Shown here in pieces: positions 45,726 through 54,527 of a DNA stretch of 64,000 nucleotides; positions within the stretch are counted from its first letter, which is position 1; each line of letters opens with the position of its first letter. The DNA is from Woeseiaceae bacterium (GTDB lineage Bacteria > Pseudomonadota > Gammaproteobacteria > Steroidobacterales > Woeseiaceae): the NCBI GenBank assembly GCA_041598995.1, contig JBFHXJ010000006.1, forward strand, positions 2,033 to 66,032, in the 5' to 3' direction. Under the pieces are notes generated by a model. That model had not been told where the DNA came from. It was given only the letters and a program-made list of their open reading frames with translations, and made no database searches. Position numbers and translations under genes: made by a program.

Positions 45726-46997
45726 ATGCTCATGGAGCTCATCGCGCTTGCCGTTCCATTCTTTTTGCTCGCATTATTGGTGGAGCTAGCGGTCGATCGG
45801 CTGCGAGGCACCGGCTATTATCGAACCAACGATGCAGTCAATTCGCTGAGCGCCGGTAGCCTGAGCACGACGATCGGCTACTTCACGCGGCTCGTCCCGG
45901 GCGTGATTTGGGGCTTCGTGTTGCAGCATTTCGCACTCGTCGAGGTCGATGCTGCCTGGTTCGATCTGTCGCCGCGCGGCATCACACTCTGGATCGTGGC
46001 GATCCTCGCATTCGATTTCTGCTATTACTGGTTCCATCGCTGCAGCCATGAGATTTCCATCCTGTGGGCGGCGCACGCCGTACATCACCAGAGCGAGGAC
46101 TACAACCTGTCGACGGCACTGCGCCAGACGAGCACCGGCTTCTTGTTTTCCTGGATCTTCTATTTGCCACTGTTTTTGCTCGGCATGCCGCTCGAGGTAT
46201 TTGTCACGGCGAACGCCATCGACCTGATCTACCAGTTCTGGGTGCACACCCAGCACATCGGCACACTCGGCCGGCTCGATCGCATTTTGGTAACCCCGTC
46301 AAATCATCGTGTGCATCACGCGCAGAACGAGATTTACATCGACAGGAATTACGGTGGCATCCTGATTCTGTGGGACCGCCTGTTCGGCACGTTCCAGGAG
46401 GAGCTGGATACGGAGCCGGTGGTTTTCGGCGTGCGCAAACCACTCGCGAGCTGGAATCCTATCTGGGCCAATCTGCAGGTCTATGATTACCTGTGGTTCG
46501 ATGCCGTTCGCACGCGTCGCTTGCGGGACAAGCTCGGCATCTGGTTCCGGCGAACCGGCTGGCGGCCCGCAGACGTCGAGGCGGCATTCCCGAAACAGAA
46601 ACGCGATCTCGCGTCGTTCAGGAAATTCGATCCGCAACTCACGGTAGCAATGCGCCGTTATCTCGCCTGGCAATTCGTCGCGGCCGCATTCTTCATCCTG
46701 TGGACCGGGACCGTGTTTGCCGCATCAGGCGCAATGGCGGCGCTGCTGCCGTGCGTGCTGTTGTGGACCACCCTTTATGCGCTTGGATTGCTCAGCGAGT
46801 CGCGCACTTTTGCCATTCGCTTCGAACTGTTGCGACTTCTCGTCGTGTTGCCGCTCGGCATCGCCGGCATGCAGCGCGCCGGCTTGATCAGCGCCGATTT
46901 CACCGGTGCCGTCGTGGCGGCAGCGGCCGTCTACGTCGTGGCATCGGCGACGGCGCTGCGCGTGGCGGCAGGGCGGGATGCGCAAATACTCGCTTAG
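45726..46997 (+). CDS. fatty acid hydroxylase/sterol desaturase-family membrane di-iron enzyme with extra C-terminal TM domain
   Basis: The histidine boxes are 'HRCSHEISILWAAHAVHHQSEDYN' and 'NHRVHHAQN'. About 150 extra C-terminal residues carry 4 or more predicted TM helices. Confidence 0.8.
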   Translation: MLMELIALAVPFFLLALLVELAVDRLRGTGYYRTNDAVNSLSAGSLSTTIGYFTRLVPGVIWGFVLQHFALVEVDAAWFDLSPRGITLWIVAILAFDFCYYWFHRCSHEISILWAAHAVHHQSEDYNLSTALRQTSTGFLFSWIFYLPLFLLGMPLEVFVTANAIDLIYQFWVHTQHIGTLGRLDRILVTPSNHRVHHAQNEIYIDRNYGGILILWDRLFGTFQEELDTEPVVFGVRKPLASWNPIWANLQVYDYLWFDAVRTRRLRDKLGIWFRRTGWRPADVEAAFPKQKRDLASFRKFDPQLTVAMRRYLAWQFVAAAFFILWTGTVFAASGAMAALLPCVLLWTTLYALGLLSESRTFAIRFELLRLLVVLPLGIAGMQRAGLISADFTGAVVAAAAVYVVASATALRVAAGRDAQILA

Positions 46998-48177
46998 GCA
47001 GGCGCGGCGCATTGCACTCGCCGCCCAGGGATTCGATCGCCCGAGGCCGACCAACGGCGCAGATATTCGTCACATCCGGCGCGTCATCAAGCAACTCGGC
47101 CTGCTGCAGCTCGATTTCGTCAACGTGCTGGTGCCGGCGCATTACCTGGTGCTGTTTTCGCGGCTTGGCGCCTATCGACAGGATCGCCTGCACGAGCTGG
47201 TCTACCGGCGGCGCGAATTTACCGAGCAGTGGGCGCACGAGGCCTCGATCGTGCCGACCGAGCTGTGGCCGCTCCTGGAATATCGGCGTCGGGATTACCG
47301 GCCATACCACGGCAGCCCCATCGCTCGATTTAAACAAAAATCTAAATATCTTAAACAAACATATGATTTAATTGAAAAACATGGAGCCGCCACGTCCCAG
47401 GACATGCCACCCGCGCCGGGGCCGACGCGGCGCCCCGGCGACTGGCAGCGCTCATTACCACGCTGGGCTCTGGAGTGGCATTTCGGCAGCGGCCGGGTCG
47501 CGGTCGCCGACCGCCTGCCCAATTTCCAGCGCGTCTACGACCTGCCGGCACGCGTCATCGACAAGCAACTGCTCGCGGCGCGCGTGTCCCGGGCCGATGC
47601 CCAGCGCGAGTTATTGCGCCTTGCCGCCAGATCCTGCGGCATCGCCACACTGCACGATCTCGCCGATTATTACCGCATGCCGCCTCGCGAAGCCTCGCCG
47701 CGGGTCGAGGAGCTCCTGAACAGTGGCGAGCTCGCCGAGGTCGAGGTGGAGGGCTGGAAGGACCCGGCATTCCTTTACAAGGGGGCGCGATTACCGCGCA
47801 AGCTCCGCTGCGCGTCCCTGCTGTCGCCCTTCGATCCGGTGGTGTGGTTTCGTCCGCGCGCTGAAAGGCTGTTCGATTTTCACTACCGCATCGAGATCTA
47901 TGTGCCGGCCAGTAAACGCAGGTGGGGTTACTACGTCCTGCCGTTTCTGCTGGACGAGCGCATCGTGGCACGCGTCGACCTGAAAGCCGATCGCAAGGCG
48001 CGACAATTGCTCGTGCTCGCCGCCCACGGCGAGGACGATATCGACGAAGATCGCACCGTCGAGCACCTCGCCGACGAACTGCAATTGCTTGCCAACTGGC
48101 TCGATCTCGAGCGCGTCAAGGTGGCGCGGCGCGCCCCGTTCGCGCGCAGGCTTGCCGACGCCGTCACGGCGAGCTGA
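46978..48177 (+). CDS. ycaQ: YcaQ-family winged-helix DNA glycosylase (interstrand crosslink repair type)
   Basis: The internal ATG gives 'MRKYSLRQARRIALAAQGF'. Also present are 'LGLLQLDFVNVL', 'FEYWAHEAS'-like 'FTEQWAHEASIVP', 'YVPASKRRWGYYVLPFL' and 'RVDLKADRK'. It overlaps the upstream gene by 20 nt. Confidence 0.8.
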   Translation: MRKYSLRQARRIALAAQGFDRPRPTNGADIRHIRRVIKQLGLLQLDFVNVLVPAHYLVLFSRLGAYRQDRLHELVYRRREFTEQWAHEASIVPTELWPLLEYRRRDYRPYHGSPIARFKQKSKYLKQTYDLIEKHGAATSQDMPPAPGPTRRPGDWQRSLPRWALEWHFGSGRVAVADRLPNFQRVYDLPARVIDKQLLAARVSRADAQRELLRLAARSCGIATLHDLADYYRMPPREASPRVEELLNSGELAEVEVEGWKDPAFLYKGARLPRKLRCASLLSPFDPVVWFRPRAERLFDFHYRIEIYVPASKRRWGYYVLPFLLDERIVARVDLKADRKARQLLVLAAHGEDDIDEDRTVEHLADELQLLANWLDLERVKVARRAPFARRLADAVTAS

Positions 48178-48179
48178 AT

Positions 48180-49589
48180 TCAGTCACCGGCCCTCGTGTA
48201 TTCGTCGATGACCTGTTCAATCGCCGCGGCGCAGACTTTGCAGAAGTCGTCCGTGCGCGTGAACATGATGCAATTTTGCTCGGAGCGGAAGAATCCTTTC
48301 GCCTGGTAATTCGCGCCCTCGAAGGCGCCGATGGCATCGCGATAGGGAGCTTTCGAAAACATGCCCTCGACGATACGCTGGTTGTCGCGAAACAGCCTGT
48401 TCATTTCCGATTCCGGCACGTTGTCCTTGCGCATCTCCGCACGCCGCGCCTGGTACGCCAGAGAATGCTTTTCGTATTCGTCTTTCGGCCAGGGCGTCGG
48501 CAGGGGTGTTGAAGGATCGACGAGGTGTTTCCACTTGAGGTTTTCCGGGTCGAGGAGGGCGGTGATATTCGGCTCGTAAGGCTCGACGATTTCCTCCGGC
48601 GGCTCGTAGGCGACCGAGCTCGTGTAATACTCGTCCGCGAGCCCGGCGAAGTGGTGGGCGAACTCGTGAACGAACAGGTACACCGCCCATTCGCTGTTTG
48701 CGGCGGCCGTGCTGAACAGACCGTAGATGCCGCCGCCGCCGTAGACTTCGCTGTTGGTGAGAATTTCGACAAAGTCGTAGGGCACCGATGACGCGATGCG
48801 CCGCCAGTCGTTGTTGGCGTTGGTCAGCACGTAGCGCTCGCTGCGAAAGGCATCGTAGGAGGCGCCCAGCGGCGAATCGCGGTAGGTGTTCGTGGACGGT
48901 CGCGAGACGCCGGATTCCCGGGCCGGCGGCGCGAGCGCCCACACGTTGAAATCGCTGCGCCGTTCCCGGAACGGCGATATCGCAAACAACGCGTCCGTGA
49001 GCTGTTGCGCTTTCGCGAGGAAATCGTCCTGCTCTTCCGCCGTGTAGCCGTCGCCGAGCAGCAGGAGGTCGACCTTGGTCGCCGGGTCACCGTTTTCCTG
49101 TATCGCAATGACCTGCCGCGCGTAGGCTGCGGACTCCCGATGCACGAGGTAGTCATCCGAATCGATACGCGTCCGCCAGATTTCCCTGAACGCGTTCCCC
49201 TCGTCGCGTTTCGACAGGACGACATCGAACTCCTTGTCCTGCGCCGGGAATCTTATCGATTCGTGAAAGGTGCGATTCATGCGTTTGGCTTCGCCCGTCG
49301 TTTCCCACTCGCCGTAGATGCTGCTGAAGCTCCTTGACCATGTAACTTCGCGGGACGCGGCATCGACGATTTCGAAGACGTACTTGCCGCGCAGTGTCCG
49401 GTCGATCGGTTGCGCGAGATTGCCGGAGAAAGGCAGCGGTTCGAGCACCACCCGGTCCAGGCTGAAGATTTCCATGTCGCTGTTGCCCGTGTGATAGTAA
49501 TCCACTCGCATCGTCCGCGGATTCGCGGCCAAAGTCGCCTGCGATGCAAGCAGTAGCGTTACGAACATGAAATTTGTAATTCGCTGCAC
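48180..49589 (-). CDS. M64-family (IgA-peptidase-like) zinc metallopeptidase, secreted
   Basis: Signal peptide and 'VHEFAHHFAGLADEY' (HExxH plus the M64 context). Length is 469 aa. Confidence 0.82.
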   Translation of the reverse strand: MQRITNFMFVTLLLASQATLAANPRTMRVDYYHTGNSDMEIFSLDRVVLEPLPFSGNLAQPIDRTLRGKYVFEIVDAASREVTWSRSFSSIYGEWETTGEAKRMNRTFHESIRFPAQDKEFDVVLSKRDEGNAFREIWRTRIDSDDYLVHRESAAYARQVIAIQENGDPATKVDLLLLGDGYTAEEQDDFLAKAQQLTDALFAISPFRERRSDFNVWALAPPARESGVSRPSTNTYRDSPLGASYDAFRSERYVLTNANNDWRRIASSVPYDFVEILTNSEVYGGGGIYGLFSTAAANSEWAVYLFVHEFAHHFAGLADEYYTSSVAYEPPEEIVEPYEPNITALLDPENLKWKHLVDPSTPLPTPWPKDEYEKHSLAYQARRAEMRKDNVPESEMNRLFRDNQRIVEGMFSKAPYRDAIGAFEGANYQAKGFFRSEQNCIMFTRTDDFCKVCAAAIEQVIDEYTRAGD

Positions 49590-49602
49590 AAGGAACCTTT
49601 TG

Positions 49603-50967
49603 TCAGATAAGGGATTCGAGACGCATCGGCGAGCCGTCGAAGAAGCGGCTGAGGCGAAGCGGTCTCATGTCGATGCCGGGATCGTTGCCGGTCAACATGG
49701 CTGCGAGCACCTTTCCGGCACCCGGTCCGATAGCGAAACCGTGACCGCTGAGTCCAGACGCGATGTAAAAGCCGGGTATACGTTCGTATTCGCACATGAC
49801 GGGCACGACGTCCGGCGTCGTTTCCACCATGCCCGCCCAGGTCTCCGCGATTGCGACATCTTTCAGCTGCGGGAAAACTTCGGCGAGATTCTTGCGAATC
49901 TTGTTGACGACACGGGGATTGGGCTCTGGATTCAACACGCGATTTTTTTCGAATGGCGAGACCTCGTCGAGCGCCCAGCTGCTCGGCGTCATCAATTCCT
50001 CGAGGAACGGGTGCCCGATGGAGATTCTCAACGCGGTGATTTCGTGCAGCAGTGCCGGCAGAAACTTGAATGAGTAACGAAAGGTCGACGGGGTGATGAA
50101 GTGATCGAGCACGGAGCCGTGTGCGATCGTGTAACCGCCATCCTGGCGTCGCCGGATGCCGATCTTCTTGTCGAACACGTTGCCATTGAGAATGGCTTCC
50201 GCAGGCGCGGTTCGTATGACGCTGCCGCGCACCTGTAATTGCGGAAAAGAAATTCCCAGCGAACGACAAAATAGCGAGGTCCAGGCGCCGGCCGCACAGA
50301 GGGCGGTGGACGTGCGAATGGTGCCGTGTTCGGTCACGACAGCGGACAGTTTGCCGCCTTCAGTCTCGATGCCACGCACTGCACAGGCTGTGAGCAAGGT
50401 GGCACCGGCACGTTGTGCCGCCCTCGCGATCGCGGGCACTACCTTGTGCGGCTCGGCGCAGGCATCGCTGGCGGTGTACATGGCACCCAGCCACCGCGAC
50501 GAGGCACCCTCGATGTGTTGGTCGAGTTCCTTGCCCTCGATGACCTGCGTGTCGAGCCCGTATTCCTGGGCGACGCTGAGCCAGTCTGCATACTTCTGGA
50601 GAACTTTTTCGCTGTCGGTTACGTACAGACAACCGCTCCTCGTAAAACCGACATCCTCCCCGATCTCGGTCTCGAGCGTGTCCCAGATGCGCATGCTGAT
50701 GAGCATCATCGGGAGTTCCCGCGTATCGCGGCCCTGGCAACGTACCCAGCCCCAGTTGCGGCTCGATTGCTCGCCTGCAATATGCCCCTTTTCACAGAGG
50801 ACGACGTCCACCCCGTGCCTCGCGAGGAACCACGCCGTCGATACGCCGACGATGCCGCCGCCGATGATGACGACGTCCGCTTTATCGGGGAAGGATTCCG
50901 GGGGAGTGAACGGGCGCTCCCAGGTGCTCGCTACCTTGTTGTTGTGGATGTCGACAGCCATTAACAA
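49603..50967 (-). CDS. FAD-dependent oxidoreductase (DAO family)
   Basis: Dinucleotide fold 'DVVIIGGGIVGVSTAWFLARHG'. Also has the DAO-type C-terminus 'SGLSGHGFAIGPG'. Length is 454 aa. Confidence 0.85.
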   Translation of the reverse strand: MLMAVDIHNNKVASTWERPFTPPESFPDKADVVIIGGGIVGVSTAWFLARHGVDVVLCEKGHIAGEQSSRNWGWVRCQGRDTRELPMMLISMRIWDTLETEIGEDVGFTRSGCLYVTDSEKVLQKYADWLSVAQEYGLDTQVIEGKELDQHIEGASSRWLGAMYTASDACAEPHKVVPAIARAAQRAGATLLTACAVRGIETEGGKLSAVVTEHGTIRTSTALCAAGAWTSLFCRSLGISFPQLQVRGSVIRTAPAEAILNGNVFDKKIGIRRRQDGGYTIAHGSVLDHFITPSTFRYSFKFLPALLHEITALRISIGHPFLEELMTPSSWALDEVSPFEKNRVLNPEPNPRVVNKIRKNLAEVFPQLKDVAIAETWAGMVETTPDVVPVMCEYERIPGFYIASGLSGHGFAIGPGAGKVLAAMLTGNDPGIDMRPLRLSRFFDGSPMRLESLI

Positions 50968-51019
50968 AATCTGATCATGAATTGGCCCGCAAAGCCACTA
51001 TTGCGTATGCTTCGATGCG

Positions 51020-51613
51020 ATGAACCTGCGGGTGAGATTTCTGCTGGCGATGTGCATCGCACTCGGCGCGTGCTCCACTCCCGAATTGCTCGAATCGCGG
51101 GACGGTACTGTACCACCCGGTCTCGACCTGTCGGGGAACTGGGTACTGCGTGACATCCCGGCAGCCGAAAGGCATCGCATCTCTGATGCGATCCGCAAGA
51201 CCGACGGAATCGACGAAAGGGCGCTCTACGGTCGGCCACAGACCAGTCAGGTCAGGCGCCGCGGCCATGGCTCTTTCAAGGGCGGGCTGGTTTACGTCTT
51301 TCTCGAAACCGGCTCGGCTCTCAAGATTACGCAGACACCGCATGCGCTTTTCATCAGCTTCGACCGCTCGGTCGTCGAGGAGTTTCGCTTCGGCGAAAAC
51401 CGCATCGTGAGTGTCGGCCAGATCGAGGCGCAACGCGTCACCGGCTGGGAGGGCAGGGAACTCGTCGTGGAAACGCTGGACAAGAACGGCATGAAGCTGA
51501 TCGATAAGTTTCGGCTTCTCGATGGCGGAAACACGCTGCAACGCCAAATTACTTTCCGCAGCCGCAGACTCGAAGAAGAAACCATCCTCCAGGAATTCGA
51601 CCGGGCCGACTAG
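51020..51613 (+). CDS. lipoprotein, unknown function
   Basis: The lipobox is 'LAMCIALGACS'. The product is 197 aa and beta-rich. Its TAG stop shares the tetranucleotide CTAG with the stop of the convergent gene. Confidence 0.6.
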   Translation: MNLRVRFLLAMCIALGACSTPELLESRDGTVPPGLDLSGNWVLRDIPAAERHRISDAIRKTDGIDERALYGRPQTSQVRRRGHGSFKGGLVYVFLETGSALKITQTPHALFISFDRSVVEEFRFGENRIVSVGQIEAQRVTGWEGRELVVETLDKNGMKLIDKFRLLDGGNTLQRQITFRSRRLEEETILQEFDRAD

Positions 51614-52359
51614 TCCGATTTCGCCACTGAATCGACGATCGGTTCGTACTTCGTGAGTTCGGCGCGCAGTCGGAGTTTGCCCTTGCGATGCTGCTCTATG
51701 ACGACCGGCAGGTAGCCGAGTTCCCGAACACACCACAGCGTCGTCACCCGCGACGATCCTTCCCGTTGATGCTGAATTCCAACGGCATCGAAATTGCCGT
51801 ACGGCACCGTGACGGCCTTCGTACCGACATTCTTAATCGTCAGCGGTTTGAGTTCCTCGGCATCCTGCAGCAGATAGGTTTGTTTCTCCCCGCCGTTCAG
51901 AAGATCGTACATGAGCCCGTACTGTAGCGACACGCGGTCATGTACCACGTCGTCGAGTGACGCCTGGAAGTCGGCTCCGTCGATGTAGCCGGTCACTTCC
52001 CGCGCACGCCAGTCGAAATCGAGATCGACGACTTTTTGCTCATCCGTCAACGTGTCGGCGGAACGATACTGCAGCGGAACGATGATCCCGTCGCGCTCGG
52101 AAAACCACGATTTCTCGCGAATCGTGCCGTTCGCAAACAGCCGGGACATGCCGGTCGCCTCGATAACGGATTCCGCGTAGTAACCGTTCTCCGTCGCTTC
52201 GAACTGGGTGGTCAGTTGTCCACCCAGGACGCTGATTCGCACCTTGTACTCCGCCGTATGGGGCGTGAGCGCCGGTCCGCCGAGCGCGGGCGAGGGCAAA
52301 TACGAAAATAAGAAGAAGAGCAGGACGCCCGGGAGGTTTCGTTTCATTCGGCTGATCAT
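51610..52359 (-). CDS. secreted DUF3108-like protein
   Basis: The signal peptide is 'LLFFLFSYLPSPALG'. The body shows a repetitive beta-strand pattern ('AEYKVRISVLGGQLTTQFEATENGYYAE'). The family name is assigned from memory only. Confidence 0.5.
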   Translation of the reverse strand: MISRMKRNLPGVLLFFLFSYLPSPALGGPALTPHTAEYKVRISVLGGQLTTQFEATENGYYAESVIEATGMSRLFANGTIREKSWFSERDGIIVPLQYRSADTLTDEQKVVDLDFDWRAREVTGYIDGADFQASLDDVVHDRVSLQYGLMYDLLNGGEKQTYLLQDAEELKPLTIKNVGTKAVTVPYGNFDAVGIQHQREGSSRVTTLWCVRELGYLPVVIEQHRKGKLRLRAELTKYEPIVDSVAKSD

Positions 52360-52368
52360 AGTGCGGTC

Positions 52369-53166
52369 TCACTCGCCCCCGCGCAACAACAATTCTTGCT
52401 TGGACTGCCTAACCAGGTCATTGGTTGCATCCTCCATGCGTTGCCGGTACTCCTCGATCGCATCGAGCGGCGTGTCGGGCGGCACCATCAGCGGCTCGCC
52501 GATCGCATAGACGATGCGTGCGAATGGCTTGGGAATCATGAAATTATCCCACCGATCGAGGTACCAGGCACGGTCTGCGGCACAACCCAGCGGCACCAGC
52601 AAGGCCCCGCCGATGCGCGCCATCAGCACCGCACCGGGCTTGAACCTGAATGTCGGGCCCGCCGGGCCGTCAGCCGTGGTAACGATCGACACGCCACGCT
52701 GCATCATCCGTCGCATGTCGCGCAGCACCAGCGCTCCCGTCTGGCTCGACGAGCCCCGGATGACCTCGGCGCCCCATGATTTCGCGATTCGTGTCGGTAC
52801 GTCACCATCGAGAGACGCGGATATCAGAAAGCATGCGCGAAAGCCGCGCCGGATCCAGCCCCGAATGAGTCGGGCGCACGGGATATGCTGCTGGTGCCAG
52901 TAGCAGGGCGCATAAACGCGCTCTCCGTTTGCCAGCATCTCGGCGGCGAATTCTTCGCCGATCGTATTTTCCACGCGATAAGACGCGCTCAACAGGTAGT
53001 ACGCAAACCGCACCAGCGGCATGCCGAGAAAATAGTAGAGCCTGCGCGACAGAGACAACGAGCGCACGGATCTATTGCTGCGCCGCGACGCAACGCCGGC
53101 CGATTCCTGTTGTGAACGATGAGTCGGCATCGACCGAGTTTGCAGTACCGGTCCACGGGCGGTCAA
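52369..53166 (-). CDS. DUF374 / lysophospholipid acyltransferase-superfamily protein
   Basis: 'FLISASLDGDVPTRIAKSWGAEVIRGSSSQTGA' and 'SIVTTADGPAGP' are typical of DUF374. The start is uncertain (internal ATGs at 53130 and 53022). Confidence 0.7.
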   Translation of the reverse strand: MTARGPVLQTRSMPTHRSQQESAGVASRRSNRSVRSLSLSRRLYYFLGMPLVRFAYYLLSASYRVENTIGEEFAAEMLANGERVYAPCYWHQQHIPCARLIRGWIRRGFRACFLISASLDGDVPTRIAKSWGAEVIRGSSSQTGALVLRDMRRMMQRGVSIVTTADGPAGPTFRFKPGAVLMARIGGALLVPLGCAADRAWYLDRWDNFMIPKPFARIVYAIGEPLMVPPDTPLDAIEEYRQRMEDATNDLVRQSKQELLLRGGE

Positions 53167-53207
53167 TGTAATATGGCGCCTGCCTGATCTATGCCATTTC
53201 GCCCATC

Positions 53208-54527
53208 ATGAACTTGCCGGCTTCCGAAATTCGGCGCCCGCCGGGGCCCGACGAACCCGTATCGCCCGGCGTCGACCCCGAGACACTCGAGCTCTTGTCG
53301 CAGCTCGGGAAGCGTTACGGAAAAGTCGTCATGATGACGAAACCCGATGGTCGCGATGCCGTTTTCGTCAATGACTCCAGCGAAATTCACAAATTGCTGG
53401 TTGGTCATCATGAGCGGTATCGCAAGGGCCCGGGATTCGAGCGGGTCAAGATGCTGCTCGGCAACGGCCTGATCGTCAGTGACGGCGAAACATGGCGGCG
53501 TTCGCGCACGATGGTGCAGCCGGCATTCAGCCGGCGGAACGTGCAGCGCCTGATCGAATTGATGGTGGACTGCAGCAAAGCCCGGCGCAAACGCTGGGAG
53601 AAAATCGCGAAGGATGACGGCAACATCAATGTGACGCAGGAGACGAGCGATTTTGCGCTCGAGCTGATCCTGCGCGCGATATTCGGCACGGACTTCGAAA
53701 GCACCTTGATCCGCGACGGTACCAATCCATTCGCGTTCCTGAGCCAGGATTCGACGCGGGATCTGCGGGTCGTGATGAAGATCCGGGAGCTTCGGCAACT
53801 GCTGCTGGAAATCATCGAACGCAGACGAGAATCCGGACGTCATGAGCAATACGATTTCCTGTCGATGTACCTGTCTGCAAGCGACAAGGACGGCAACGGT
53901 TTCCGTGACAATGAGCTCCTGGATGAGCTGGTCACGCTGATCGTTGCCGGATACGAGACGTCTGCAGGGACGCTGAACTGGGCCTGGTACCTGCTTGCGC
54001 GGCACGAGGATGCCGAACGGCGACTCGCGGATGAGGCGCTCGCGCTGGTGCCCGATACATCATGTATCGACGCGCAGGCGATTGCACAATTGACGTACGC
54101 GCGACAGTTCATCGAAGAGACGCTGCGGCTCTATCCGCCGGTCTGGCTCTATACGCGGCGCGGAATCGAGGACGATTCACTGACGAATTTCGATCTGCGT
54201 GCGGGAACGGATATCTACATGTCGCCGTATATCCTGCATCGCACGCCAGAGTACTGGCCGGATCCGGATCGCTTCGATCCGGGTCGGTTCGGCTCCGGTA
54301 AAACCTCCGGGAATTGCGCGCGGCCATACTTTCCGTTTTCCCTCGGCCCGCGACGGTGTCTCGGTGAATATTTCTCATTTCTCGAGATGAAGATTCATCT
54401 CGGCTTGCTCGTGCAGACGTTTCACATGACGCCGGTTGTTGACAGCGAACCGGACCTCGAGCTCGGCATCAACTTGCGTTCACGAGAAGACATATTTCTG
54501 CGTCCTCGACTACGCGAGCAACCCTGA
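53208..54527 (+). CDS. cytochrome P450
   Basis: The I-helix is 'AGYETSAGTL', the EXXR motif is 'ETLRLYPP', and the heme-thiolate loop is 'FPFSLGPRRCLGEYF'. Length is 439 aa. Confidence 0.93.
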   Translation: MNLPASEIRRPPGPDEPVSPGVDPETLELLSQLGKRYGKVVMMTKPDGRDAVFVNDSSEIHKLLVGHHERYRKGPGFERVKMLLGNGLIVSDGETWRRSRTMVQPAFSRRNVQRLIELMVDCSKARRKRWEKIAKDDGNINVTQETSDFALELILRAIFGTDFESTLIRDGTNPFAFLSQDSTRDLRVVMKIRELRQLLLEIIERRRESGRHEQYDFLSMYLSASDKDGNGFRDNELLDELVTLIVAGYETSAGTLNWAWYLLARHEDAERRLADEALALVPDTSCIDAQAIAQLTYARQFIEETLRLYPPVWLYTRRGIEDDSLTNFDLRAGTDIYMSPYILHRTPEYWPDPDRFDPGRFGSGKTSGNCARPYFPFSLGPRRCLGEYFSFLEMKIHLGLLVQTFHMTPVVDSEPDLELGINLRSREDIFLRPRLREQP

